Positions 51,501-64,000 of a DNA stretch of 64,000 nt are shown here, piece by piece. Source of the stretch: Paraphysomonas bandaiensis. Lineage: Eukaryota; Protista; Chrysophyceae. Positions within the stretch are counted from its first letter, which is position 1. The number at the start of each line of letters is the position of its first letter. A program made the position numbers and the translations under genes. The notes under the pieces are model-generated. The model did no database searches. It worked only from the letters and a program-made list of their open reading frames with translations, and had not been told where the DNA came from. The stretch is from the NCBI GenBank assembly GCA_965644295.1, contig CBFFRP010000192.1:3723-67722 (forward strand), given 5' to 3'.

Positions 51501-54500
51501 TTCCTCCTTTTTGAATATACTGAGCAGTATTTCTTCTCGATTATCCTGAAAACGCCGAAATAAAAGCGCATATGAAAATTTCTGTAAATATATACATTAA
51601 CAGCCGTATGCTTCGCTGACTCCTTCGCCATTTGGCGAACCGTCTTCCTTGTTTGCGACGCTACTTCTCTTCCATACTTCATCATTTGTTGCATCAAGTC
51701 CAGTTCTTGATCTCTTTCATGTCTATCCCATGCCAGCATATCCACGGGCTCCATTACATGCTGGCTAGCATCATATGTGCTGATATCACTAGCTGTACGC
51801 TTGATGCTGCGCTTATCTGACACAGTTTCGTCGCTTTGGGCATGTGAAATTACTGTAGATGACCCCTTTCCAGAAAATGGAACAAAATCCGCAGTCGGAG
51901 TGCAAGTTGGACTTTGTGAAATTGACGAAGAGTCGTAGCTATATGAGTGAGAAAGCTTTGCGTCAATCCTTAAATCGTTTGGACACTTCAAGTCAGGTGA
52001 AGTGTTGGGCGATTTTGGTTTCATGATTCTCTTGAAAGCCAATGAGAGTCGTCTCTGACGCGCACGTGGGCCAGCATCCACCAAAAACTCATCGTTACCA
52101 TCATCAAAAGGAACGCTTCCATAACATCCGGTTTGTTGTTCTTTCTCGCGTAGCATCGATTCTCTTTCCTTGAAAGCTTTTGCAGCATCACGCCGTTTCT
52201 TTAGCTTTTCCATTCGTGTCGTACGTGCAATAAAAGCCAGCTCCTCTAATAAAAATCGTTATCAGATTATAAAATACAATATTTCAATTTACCGGCACGA
52301 GAATGTTCAATTTGGATGGTATCTCGACCACCGCCATCTTCCAAACTGTCATCCATACCACTACGATAGCAATTATCGGATCGTCCGTACAAGTTTTATG
52401 CTTACCGAGTAGCCCAACGCAGAAAGGCGTACAAAACTTTCCGCAAGAGGTTGTTGCGATATTGATATTTTGTGTTCCTGGAATTCTTATTCACTCTAGC
52501 ATGCACTCTCAAATTTTTGAAAACTCTATGCGCTACCCTGTAGATTCATACTTTAAACAAGTCATATAGAAACACAACCAATGATACCTGTGATATCTAA
52601 ATGCTGAATCAAACAGTGTCCACACTTCAACTTCGTAAAATCTATCTCTCAATTCATCAATGAGTGCTAATGAGCACTTCGTTAAAAGCAATATTATATA
52701 TACCTCGAGACTTACATTTCGTCGATCGTTTTATGGTATGGAACTTCAGGCCGTAGTCCGCAGCATCGTATTCTTTGATTCCAACCCCAGGAAACATTTC
52801 GTAATAACGATTATGTATTGAATGAAAGATTGATGAACAGTGAAGAGTTTCATCTGCTGACCTGAAGTGATGCAAGTTATATATCGACTGACGAAAAAGG
52901 GACTTACAGTCCAATGTCAAATCGGTCTAAATCATCTTTCCATCTAAATGGTGTGCCCAGTTGGCGACTAAATGCCTGCAGCTCCACAGTAGACAACGAC
53001 CTGTCTGTGGGTTCAACATCACTTGTGGTTTGAACACGTCGAAGGGCCTTTAATTTCGCTTTCGCAAGCTGCCGCGACCTATATACCGTCATATAATAAA
53101 ATTCACAACAGAATATTTTGCGCACTTTTTGGAGTCTAATGAATCAGATGTTGAGGCTGATCCTTCAGCGAGAGTTACTTCTTCAATGAGTTTTTTCTTA
53201 TCTTCATCACTCAGCTTTATCTTAACCGGAGGAAGGTGTATCGCAATATTAGGAAATAAAAATTGTCGGAATTGCCTCGTATTTCGCTTTACAAAATCCC
53301 GTGTTCGGACCTAAATTTGATATAGGTAATTTACCTAGTGGATTAGTAAGTTCAACGTCCAACCTTAAATACCGTCGCAGCTCGCCAAATCTGAAACGGC
53401 AACCGTATACTGTCCTCAATTTTCAAACATCTCTACACGAACAGATTATTTTGATATGACAATACCGTAAAGTACCATAATGTAGCCTTTCTCAACCCAA
53501 CTTCTTCGCAAGCCCTTTCGACGACGTGTCCAGTAAAGCCACCAATGAATAAACACCTTCCTTTGCTTGTCTAAATGCTTCGCATAAAATCTATCAGCCG
53601 GTTTATTAAAGTTTGCTTCAAAAATGTAGTATCTATACGCACGACATTAAATCATTCAAAACACGAGGTATTGGCGAAAGAACCTCTTCCAGCCTCTGAA
53701 AGTTGACAATAGCGCATACGTAGGCATCACTCGAGTAACTAAAAACTTCGTTTTCTCTTTGGCCCGTCCAGTTTCGGTTGCGTGCCGCCTGTGAACATAT
53801 CAACTGTACAGCGATTACAACAGGTTACACTGACCTCCACACAAAAAACGGCCAGTAACAGACTCTAAAGTGGTGTTTCCTACGTAAATTCTGTTTTGTG
53901 TAATATCTCCAAGCTTTCACCTTCCGAAAGCAATAGTGTCGGAGAGTTCGAATTTGCTTGGTGTCAGTAGCCCACGCAACAAAAACTCTTGCTTTCATGA
54001 AGTTATACAAATGCTTCCAGGCCCTCCTCGCAACTCTGTAACGCCATCTTCTCGTAAAACCTCGATAATTAGTCTGAAGCCTCGTCGCGGCATACGCCTG
54101 CACCAACTCAACAACATCATTATTACTGGTTCCGTACAGCCCTTTTCCATGCATAATTGCTCGTCGGAAAATGGTAAAAAGACTAGGTGGGCCCGCTAAA
54201 TCCACTCTACTGGATCCCGGGGGAAACACTTTCTTCGATATTCCTGCTTTTAACAGTGCAGCTTTCTTCGTCACAGACTTAACACCCTCAGATGAGTCAT
54301 GCAGGCCCATCACCGAGGCTCCTGAGGTTGTATTGGGAAACATATCAGCGCCTAACAAGTCAACTACAAATGGATCAACGGCCACAGTTTTCTCATAATA
54401 CTCCTCCAACAAAATGTCATGAGCATAATCAATTATCGCACGCAGATGACTCAAACGAGTCTGAGAAAGTGGCCCACGTGGGTACTGAATTCCCAAAACG

Positions 54501-55777
54501 CTATTCTCGAAGTCATTAATTGCCTTTCGTTTGCGGGCTTCAGCTTTTGCAAGATTTTCCTTCTTTTTTCTCTTCTCTTCAAACATATTATTGACTCGTT
54601 CGGTCCGAAATTTCTCTAGTTGCTCCATTTCTTTTTTCCGTTCCTCAGGATCGGCAGAAAATACACTTTCACGCAATATATCTATACGAATCTTAGGCTC
54701 TGGAGTAGTAGTGAGCTCTTCTATTTCCGTAGAACATTGCTTTTGAACATCGACGTTGCTAGACGCCATCATTACAAGTTTCCTGGCCGCGATTTTACAG
54801 GACCTATCCACATCAGCTTGACTAAACTTCATCAGTTCATAAAGAGCACTTAGTTCTTTATGTTTTAATTGAACTTGTGCTGAGCAAAGTAGCAGCGTCA
54901 TAGAACTTAGGGCCATCGTTTTCAATTTCATTGGATTGCCTATGCCGTCCGCACCTTTCACAATTACAATCTCATGTGTATTGGATGCTTGGAATTTGTT
55001 TTCGACAAGATCCCAGTTGCTAGTTATCTTCCTGCTTGTATGTCCCAGAACAAATCTATTCAGATTTTTCAGTTTACTTTTCGCTTTGCTACCTCCAATT
55101 TTCCGCGCCTTTGGTTTTGATTCCTCGATAACTTCGTCTGGCTTCGGTGGATTAGGAACTTTTTCTTCTGCAGCAGGTTCCGCTTCAGGTGGAGGGATAC
55201 TCTCCTCAAGCGAAGCGGGTTCGTTTATTTCTATTGATGGTGCTCTAGATACAACAGGTGTTGCTCTATTACTGAGAATAGCTTCTTGCTCGACTTCAGG
55301 TGAACCTCGAAGGGATTGCACAAGCTGTTGTGCCTCCTCTTGAATATACTTCTCTTCAAGAGAATACATGTCCTCATTTTCAGCAGACGACCATAGCGAG
55401 CTCTCAGGTGGATCTATAATGATGCGTTTACCCTTTCTTGGAATAATTCGGCGTTTTATTCTGGAGGTGGCATGAGATGATTTCATCGGCGGAAATATAT
55501 GAGATAAATTAGGTTCAGACAGTACGCTGGTAGCCGCATAGGACGCATTATCCGACACATAGCCCGATTGTGGAATGGGTACAGGTACAACCTGTGGCTT
55601 TCGAACAGCGACACTGATTGCAGCTGAAGGCTCAGCGCTTCTTCTATACTGGCTTTTATCTAGTAACTTGCCCTTCATACAATCGGTATAAGGAAAACAA
55701 TATAGTATGAAGTCCCATACCTGGTAGGGGGAAGTAATACTGCTATTAAGGGAGAGATCATCGTTGTAGTCAGCCAT
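48537..55777 (-). CDS. Large multi-exon protein with IQ motif, Sfi1-like Trp/Arg repeats, jacalin-like beta-prism domain and coiled coil
   Basis: Starts MADYNDD at 55777. IQ-like AATRLQTNYRGFTRRWRY; repeated F..W motifs (VFVAWA, KVKAWR, IFLRWK). Last exon has ERFSD..IVGWQLFW..SPVRG..DFLVEVE..TGIRFKT..IIGFGG (jacalin-like). Short introns between the ORFs. Confidence 0.65.
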
Positions 55778-56528
55778 TAGAAATATCACTACGAAGTAAA
55801 TACAACGGTAATGCAATATATATCTCTAAGCCCAGAACTCGCCATATAAAAACAAAGAAATATACATGTCGAAAAATATACCAACAGCTGCGCTATATTC
55901 AAGTCAGGAGAAAATATGATTGTTAAAGTAATACAGAGCCATGCATTCCGTTGATGATATAAAGTAGGCCAATTAATGAACGAGAGAATAATGTACCACA
56001 ATGGCGATATAATTCAATAACATCATGATCATATATTGTATAAATCTGTTACACACTCTTGCACTGATGTATTCTCTCTCCTCCATGAATATGAAATACG
56101 GTCATATAAAATACATGATGAATGAGAGAATAAAGAATAAGTAGGAATTCCTAAAAAGTGGGGAAATCGTACAAACTTCGTAATATGGATATCTGGAAAT
56201 GCCAAAATCAACTCAACTTTCGAAAATAGATGTTTTTCTGGACAATATCTGGATATCTACACTATGTGCGTCGTACTACTGTATACTTCGTAGTCGCAAG
56301 TGTCACAAATTTGAACTGCATTGTATTTTCTGATTGTTGATTATTGATGGTTACGGCCTATTCACAACTCTCTTACCTCCGCAGCATCATATTTGTGTAA
56401 TCTGGTTGTGTTATAAGAATTCCCTCTCGTTGTTTATTATCAATAGCTCGAGCTGTCTGTTACTCTAGTAGTAACTCTAAAAGACTGTGAATAGTCTTGT
56501 ATATTTATCGAGCTGCTCGATCGAGTTG

Positions 56529-57218
56529 ATGATTTATAAAATCAGAGATCTCACTAAAGACCTCCACTTTGAGGCAGGTGATCACTATGCTTTTCTCGCG
56601 AATTGCATTGCTATCACTCTACTGTTTTTCACTATCCAGCAATACTGGAAAGATTCAAGAAAGAAACAAGCGTGGTTTATTATGTTGCTATCGTCTTCTG
56701 TTCTGTCAGTAGTCGGGCTTATATATGCAATTTGTGCAGAGTTTAATGAGTTGCACTGGACCGATGAATACATATACGGTGACGATGTTTACTCCAGGAA
56801 TATTATGATATTTTTCCTTTCATGTAACGTTATGGATCTGACTCTGGGTTGGGTCTACTACCGAGAATTTCTGTATCCATTGACAACAATTTTCCATCAC
56901 ATGTTTTTCATAACTATTTCACTGTTGTACCTGGCTAACCACACTACACGTGGTTTTCTCTTAATTTTTGTTATTGAGGTACCAACTTTTCTTCTGTCGG
57001 TTGGAACCATATGGCCATCACTTCGCAGTGATCTTGCATTCGGCATCACATTTTTATTGACTCGCATCTCATATCATGCGTATATGCTTTATCGACTAGC
57101 ATCAATGCACTTTGATGGCCTTGCGTGGAAATCATGTTTCATGCCATTTTTATTGCATATGTTCTGGTTCTACAGTTGGTGCAACACTTACTTTTTCAAG
57201 AAAAAGAAAACAAAATAG
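56529..57218 (+). CDS. TLC (TRAM/LAG1/CLN8)-domain membrane protein, TMEM56-like
   Basis: Multiple hydrophobic helices; MDLTLG..Y, IFHH, E.PTFLL, FGITFLLTRI; C-terminal KKKKTK dilysine-type ER signal. Probable ATG at 56529. Confidence 0.8.
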   Translation: MIYKIRDLTKDLHFEAGDHYAFLANCIAITLLFFTIQQYWKDSRKKQAWFIMLLSSSVLSVVGLIYAICAEFNELHWTDEYIYGDDVYSRNIMIFFLSCNVMDLTLGWVYYREFLYPLTTIFHHMFFITISLLYLANHTTRGFLLIFVIEVPTFLLSVGTIWPSLRSDLAFGITFLLTRISYHAYMLYRLASMHFDGLAWKSCFMPFLLHMFWFYSWCNTYFFKKKKTK

Positions 57219-57572
57219 CGAACCTAGAATTTCTGGGAACTTTAATGAATTGCAAAATGTGTTGATTGTTGGAATTGGACATTTAACTGAACTTAATCTC
57301 TTATTACATTGTCTTTAATCGTGCGCTATAGTCCAGTTAAGCAAGGCACAGGTGTGAACTTTCATCACAATGCAGTATGGCATTTGTTCATATCGGCATT
57401 TGCCACATATCAAGTATTGGCATTGGAAATCTTAGAAATAAGTAATTGGACTTTAAATACAACACTCTCTCAATTGATTGAAATTGTTTTTTCATCATTT
57501 ACGATATTGATACTATTCAAACTGGAAGTTACATTGAAGTTAACCTTAACCTTGCACTACATGTAAAATAGT

Positions 57573-57745
57573 AAAGAATTGATCTTAGCAATAGTAAAAC
57601 AATGCTGTGATTATTAGAATGTAAGTGGTAAACACAGTAAAGTGAGAAATATGAATAACAATATAAAGTATAGCTGTCACGCACAACGGAATAGTTAGAA
57701 GTGTAACTGATAATGACGATCATGTATCTTCAACAGATACTCTCT
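57573..57745 (-). mobile_element. Diverged solo-LTR fragment related to the Copia C LTR
   Basis: Direct similarity to ~62113..62297, e.g. GCACAACGGAATAGTTAGAAGTGTAACTGATAATGACGA. Confidence 0.8.
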
Positions 57746-58009
57746 GTAACGACTACGGGTGATTGTGTAATAACCAGCTATCAGGTTATTCTATTCTACA
57801 AGCTCTCTATTGTATATGCTTAAGTTTGTACATACTATCTGTGCAAACATAGATTGAATATTATTATTGCCATAACTCACACTAAGATATATGATATATT
57901 ATGATTATAACAATTCATGTTTATCATTGATATTTACATAATCATTCAAAAGACAAAAGAAAGACATGATTATCAATAATGAGACATAATGATGATAATG
58001 ATGATGGAT

Positions 58010-58053
58010 GATATATATATATGTTCTTATTATATATATATATATATATATAT
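58010..58053. repeat. (TA)n microsatellites
   Basis: Visible TA runs. Confidence 0.9.
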
Positions 58054-58425
58054 TGACTTTAAGGCTGGAGAAGTTTACTGGAGAATTCCGGGTTTGATAT
58101 CCACGCTGATAGGGAAAAATTTAATTTTGGCCCTTTTTGGCCCTCGGCCCGCTAGGGCCCTCGGCCCGCATTTGGCCCTCTACTACAACTAACAATAATA
58201 ACAATAATTCTTAATTAAAAACACACACAACACACACTACAACCACAAGCAACAATAACGCACAAAGCAAAGGGCAGTATTACGCACAAAGCAAAGGGTC
58301 AAATTTAGCAAGAGTTATTAATATCTTAAGCAAGAGCAACTTTATACCAAAACATTTTTCGGAGCTGGGGGCTCCCCACGCTTCGACTCTACGAGCCGGC
58401 GTCCACTGCCCCCAGGCCCCCGCCC

Positions 58426-59828
58426 CTAAACAACGCCGGGGCCGGCCCCACCGGCCCTATTCCGGCGTTTGGCGCCGGTCTGAGCCCTGCCGGCGGCAAC
58501 ACAGCATGTCTCAATCTCCTCGGTGAAAGCACAGTCTTCGGCTGTCACTGTAGACTCCTTGCCACATCCAGTGTATTTCACTATCTCCTCAATTGAAATA
58601 CAATCATCAGTGGGTACATCGACAACATATCCATTCTGCAGTCGGCACTGCTCGCGATAGCCAACGATGGACCCCTCGTAAAATCCAACTCTCACCACCT
58701 CGTACATGCACCCATCCTCAGGATCATAGTGGCTCTTCCCAATCAAAAACTTGTATTGGTTGAGCTGCGCAAACTTAGTCCTTTGGACTGACCTGTCCAT
58801 TTCAAATGCAGCGTAGTCCTCTGGCAATGTGAATTGCTGGAATGGCAGATGTTTCGGCCGGGATGCATGACCCCTGAGAATTTTGTTTCGAAGTTCGACG
58901 TATTCTTGACTTAGCTTCCGAATAGTACTCACATATAACACCACGGAAGGATGCGCAGTGGGAAAAGCCTCGTTCAGCTTTCTGTTAAACCTTTCCAGTG
59001 GATTGTTGGTTCTATTAATCAAGCGGGATGTTGATGACTCGTCTGTTACAATGCCATGCACATTCCAATCATTAGGATCGTACGAGAGCATCCAGGTCTT
59101 CACGAAGTATTTCCAGAATATGTCAAACTTGGCTCGGTGAACACCTTCGTCAAAATGTTGGCGCACATATGGTATCCCTTTAGGCTCAATATCTTCAATA
59201 GGAATTGTTAATAGAATGTTGATGAGACCAGTTTTATTCATCAATGGCGTAATCACCTCATCGGGAATACCCAGGCTGAACAATTTCCTACGGATTGCTT
59301 GCTTCCAGTGAAACGCGCATCCAGTTACAGGCTTGCCCTCAAAGTTCCGTTTGATAGCATTCATCAGACCCTTCTCGAAATCCACTGAGCCATTGATGAT
59401 CTCCATCATGAAATCTGTTGAGGCCTTACTCAAATAAAGAGCCATGGAATACACTTCTTCAAACTTCGATTGCAGCAATATATAAAATACAGGAATGTAT
59501 AGGGACGAGGCGTAGTCATATATCATAATTACTAGACACTGAGAAAATCCCTTTGGCACACATTTAAAAGTACAGTCTATAAACAGATGGACCGGACCAC
59601 CCTTACAATATTGATTAAATCAGGATGTGCAAAGCCAATTATCTTCTGCATCTGATTGCTAACATTGATTGAAGTATTGAACTGTAAAAATAGTCTCTCG
59701 TCGTCATCAGCACAGTTCACAAGCGGATACGACGATATAATTCCTTCCCAATCATTGAACTCTAAACGTCTACACTGATACACCAAAGCTTTGAGTTTCG
59801 ACGTTTCGAGATATCTATATGGCATTCC
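58426..59828 (-). pseudogene. MULE transposase 3' exon, left arm (one frameshift near 59604; 5' exons missing)
   Basis: LFIDCTFKCVP, SVDFEKGL, GCAFHWKQAI and RTNNPLERFN give the MULE D-D-CxxH-E signature. Confidence 0.88.
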
Positions 59829-59965
59829 TACCGAAATAAGCAAAAGAAAATGAAGTGAAAACAGCAAAAAGAAAAAAAATATCAATTTTCTCACCGAGCT
59901 GCTTATATTGATATTTTTTTTCTTTTTGCTGTTTTCACTTCATTTTCTTTTGCTTATTTCGGTAG

Positions 59966-61358
59966 GAATGCCATATAGATATCTCGAAACGTCGAAACTC
60001 AAAGCTTTGGTGTATCAGTGTAGACGTTTAGAGTTCAATGATTGGGAAGGAATTATATCGTCGTATCCGCTTGTGAACTGTGCTGATGACGACGAGAGAC
60101 TATTTTTACAGTTCAATACTTCAATCAATGTTAGCAATCAGATGCAGAAGATAATTGGCTTTGCACATCCTGATTTAATCAATATTGTAAAGGGTGGTCC
60201 GGTCCATCTGTTTATAGACTGTACTTTTAAATGTGTGCCAAAGAGTTTTCTCAGTGTCTAGTAATTATGATATATGACTACACCTCGTCCCTATACATTG
60301 CTGTATTTTATATATTGCTGCAATCGAAGTTTGAAGAAGTGTATTCCATGGCTCTTTATTTGAGTAAGGCATCAACAGATTTCATGATGGAGATCATCAA
60401 TGGCTCAGTGGATTTCGAGAAGGGCTCTGATGAATGCTATCAAACGGAACTTTGAGGGCAAGCCTGTAACTGGATGCGCGTTTCTACTGAAGCAAGCAAT
60501 CCGTAGGAAATTGTTCAGCCTGGGTATTCCGATGAGGTGATTACGCCATTGATAATAAAACTGGTCTCATCAACATTCTATTAACAATTCCTATTGAAGA
60601 TATTGAGCCTAAAGGGCTACCATATGTGCGCCAACATTTTGACGAAGGTGTTCACCGAGCCAAGTTTGACATATTCTGGAAATACTTCGTGAAGACCTGG
60701 ATGCTCTCGTACGATCCTAATGATTGGAATGTGCATGGCATTGTAACAGACGAGTCATCAACATCCCGCTTGATTAATAGAACCAACAATCCACTGGAAA
60801 GGTTTAACAGAAAGCTGAACGAGGCTTTTCCCACTGCGCATCCTTCCGTGGTGTTATATGTGAGTACTATTTTCGGAAGCTAAGTCAAGAATACGTCGAA
60901 CTTCGAAACAAAGATTCTCAGGGGTCATGCATCCGGCCGAGCCATTCCAGCAATTCACATTGCCAGAGGACTACGCTGCATTTGAAATGGACAGGTCAGT
61001 CCAAGGACTAAGTTTGCGCGGCTCAACCAATACAAGTTTTTGATTGGGAAGAGCCACTATGATCCTGAGGATGGGTGCATGTACGAGGTGGTGAGAGTTG
61101 GACTCAGCGAGGGGTCCATCGTTAGCTATCGCGAGCAGTGCCGACTGCAGAATGGATATGTTGTCGATGTACCCACTGATGATTGTATTTCAATTGAGGA
61201 GATAGTGAAATACTACTGGATGTGGCAAGGAGTCTACAGTGACAGCCGAAGACTGTGCTTTCACCGAGGAGATTGAGCATGTGTGTTGCCGCCGGCAGGG
61301 CTAGACCGGCGCCAAACGCCGGAATAGAGCCAGTGGAGCCGGCCCCGGCGTTGTTTAG
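59966..61358 (+). pseudogene. MULE transposase 3' exon, right arm (several small indels)
   Basis: Reverse complement of the left arm, fragmented into ORFs at 59908, 60231, 60626 and 61040. Confidence 0.88.
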
Positions 61359-62048
61359 GGGCGGGGGCCTGGGAGCAGTGGACGCCGGCTCGTAGAGTCG
61401 AAGCGTGGGGAGCCCCCAGCTCCGAAAAATGTTTTGGTATAAAGTTGCTCTTGCTTAAGATATTAATAACTCTTGCTAAATTTGACCCTTTGCTTTGTGC
61501 GTAATACTGCCCTTTGCTTTGTGCGTTATTGTTGCTTGTGGTTGTAGTGTGTGTTGTGTGTGTTTTTAATTAAGAATTATTGTTATTATTGTTAGTTGTA
61601 GTAGAGGGCCAAATGCGGGCCGAGGGCCCTAGCGGGCCGAGGGCCAAAAAGGGCCAAAATTAAATTTTTCCGCTGATAGATGTGTATTGCCAGATTATCC
61701 AGTAATACAGTTATACATTACGTATTTCCTTCAGTGCTTATTGGGGATTGATTGTACTGAGGAGTACGAATACCAGGCTTCAACTACAATGAGAATACTG
61801 AATGTATCTTCCCTTATACAGTTGTGATGAGTTATTATGATCAACTGTGTTAGACTGATGTGTTTGGTATTGAATATGAATTTTGTTCATTCCATTGATC
61901 ACGGAATCGTAGGTAGACATATTTATATTATTGATAATAAGATGCAATTTCCTTACTCTTGAAATTGCTGGTAGATAGCATTGTAGTGGTAGACATATAT
62001 TTGTTCATTGTGATTTGATTATATTGTTATTATTATGGAAGAGGAAAC

Positions 62049-64000
62049 TCTTGATAGCGCACAAGAGTCTACTAAATTCGAGTCAGTGAGAAGAACTCTC
62101 AGACTTATGAATAAAGAATTGATCTTTATAATAGTAAAACAATGTTGTGATTATTAGAGTGTAAGTAATGAACACGATAGAGTGAAAATTATGAATAACA
62201 ATATAGAACGTACTATCATGCACAACGGAATAGTTAGAAGTGTAACTGATAATGACGACGTTATGATGACGATCACGTATCTTCGACAGATACTCTCTCT
62301 AATTCAGTTCATGGTATATTTCATTGAACATTATAACTCACAGATACAATCATGTGTTAAGCTGAATCCTAATACGCCCCCTCGATGAAATAATCAGTGA
62401 ACCGTAGATAATAGAGAGAATATGAACTTATGCACACTGAGAGTAAAAACCAGAGTAGCAGTCACTAGTCAATAATAAGCGAACTGCAGAGATGCCATAT
62501 TGTGAGACCATCCTTCTAGTCCAGCATCATGTATTGAATAAAAGTAAAAAAAAATGGTAAAAACTCCGTGTAACTCAAACTAGCCACCTAGGTCGCTTGT
62601 GGCTTGGTAATTGTGATTTAGGTGTCTCTGAGGTTGTTGATCGCTTTCTGTTGCTGCTGGATGGGATGTCGAACCCAGCTCCCCCCATCAATGTAGTTCG
62701 CAATGTGCGGAAGTTATTTGCTCCTAGTGGTTTCGTAAGGAGGTCGGCTAACATTGACTTTGTGGATATATGATCAACAGTCAAAATGTTCTCGGCAATA
62801 TGCTCACGGATGAAGTGGTATCGAATCGCGATATGTTTTGTACGTCGATGATGAGTAGGATTGTAACATAATTGAACTGCACCTTTATTATCGCACCAAA
62901 TAGTTGTTGAGAATGGAAGTTTGAAACCAATTTCTGATAATAAAGAGCGTAGCCATAATGCTTCCTGAGCTGCTGACGATAGAGCCATATACTCAGCTTC
63001 AGTAGATGACAATGCCACAGTTGTCTGTAATCGAGATTGCCATGATATAAGACAATTACCTATGAAGAATGTAAAAGCTGTAGTGGACCGTCGAGTGAGG
63101 TGACATCGTGCCCAATCGCTATCGCAGTATCCTGACAATGTTATGTGGGATCCAGAATATATCAATCCTTGCTTAGCAGTGCCTTTGAGATACCTAAGAA
63201 CATGTAACGCAGCATTACAGGTAGTTAGATTAGGCATATCAGAAAATCTGGCAAGAGTATTGACTGCGTAGGCGATATCCGGTCGAGTGCATACAGCTAG
63301 ATACATTAGGGAACCTATGAGCTCCTTGTAGGGGAAATTCTGAACATAACTTTGATTTGACTCTGAAAGATGATTGTATTCGTGTAAATCATAGTTGAAA
63401 GACAGTAACATAGGTGTTGACATGGGTTTACAGTTGGACATATTGAATTTGTCCAGTAGTTTTCTGACATATTGCTCCTGACTGAGAGTCGTGATATTTT
63501 TGTCAAAATCTTGATGAATGGAGATGCCCAAGTAATAATCTAGGAGTCCGAGATCCGTAATTTCGAACTTTTTGGATAAATGGTCTTGAATTGTTGGATA
63601 TCAGTGTCGGATGTAGATGCTATAATAATATCATCCACATACATGGCTATTAGCATAATCCTGCCATTAATCTGCTTTTTTGAATATACACGGGTCAGAT
63701 ATTAGTCTGGTGAAACCCATATCTAGCATAAAATTTGTACAGCACTTATACCAGTTAAGACCTGCTTGCTTTAGACCATAGATGCTTTTCATCAGTTTGA
63801 GGACTTTTCCGTCAGGGACGTCCATGCCAGGAGGGGGATGCATGTATATGTCCTCTTCGAGGTCAGCATTGATGTACGCAGTTGTGAAATCGATTTGGTG
63901 CAATTTGAGTTTCATAATAGTCGAAAGGGCAATAATTGTACGTAGTGATGTAGCCTTCGCGACGGGGCTGTATGTATCATTATAATCGATGCCTTGGATT
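62049..64000 (-). mobile_element. Copia (family C) RT-RNase H, PPT and 3' LTR; continues beyond the window
   Basis: HQIDFTTAYIN, SIYGLKQAG, MYVDDII, YCDSDWA, RTKHIAIRYH, ADLLTKPL; frameshifts at ~63590-63680. PPT GAGGGGGCG, then LTR TATTAGG from 62374 to ~62049. Confidence 0.92.

Larger units (their letters stand above)
58113..61671. mobile_element. Fully palindromic (fold-back) Mutator-like element with target-site duplication
   Basis: Arms 58113..59886 and 59907..61671 are inverted copies around a 20-nt spacer. Termini GGAAAAATTT...AAATTTTTCC with GGCCC-rich subterminal repeats. Direct repeat GCTGATAG at 58105..58112 and 61672..61679. Confidence 0.92.

Noticed and set aside
58113-61671. 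Palindrome as a pure fold-back sequencing chimera
   Set aside because: Symmetry stops exactly at the element termini, the flanks are different sequences, and they carry a direct TSD. The right-arm indels may still be consensus errors.

Overview
Eukaryotic nuclear DNA, probably from a stramenopile/chrysophyte-like protist (inferred from tiny 40-60 nt GT-AG introns and the TE repertoire). Four host genes sit between dense islands of transposon debris: a ~17.5 kb multi-exon sacsin-like gene with UBA and RING domains (-), a gene with a 516-bp coding tandem repeat (-), an IQ/Sfi1-like + jacalin-like gene (-) and a TLC-domain membrane protein (+). The islands hold at least three Copia families, Gypsy-like remnants, a DUF7869/Sola-like transposase pseudogene, a small AT-rich virus-like gene pair and a 3.56-kb palindromic Mutator-like element flanked by a target-site duplication. 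Most notable: (1) a ~60-aa uncharacterised domain (LIGKxHxD..G..Y...RV....G.IVGYR...I.I..I.K.T) lies C-terminal to both the Copia integrase and the unrelated MULE transposase, a candidate shared integration-targeting module; (2) the MULE is a TSD-flanked fold-back made of two 3' halves, a candidate Mu-killer-like hairpin locus; (3) a probable Polinton-like-virus/virophage fragment; (4) a duplicated ~185-nt highly structured non-coding unit. All calls come from reading the sequence by eye; exon and element boundaries are approximate unless stated.
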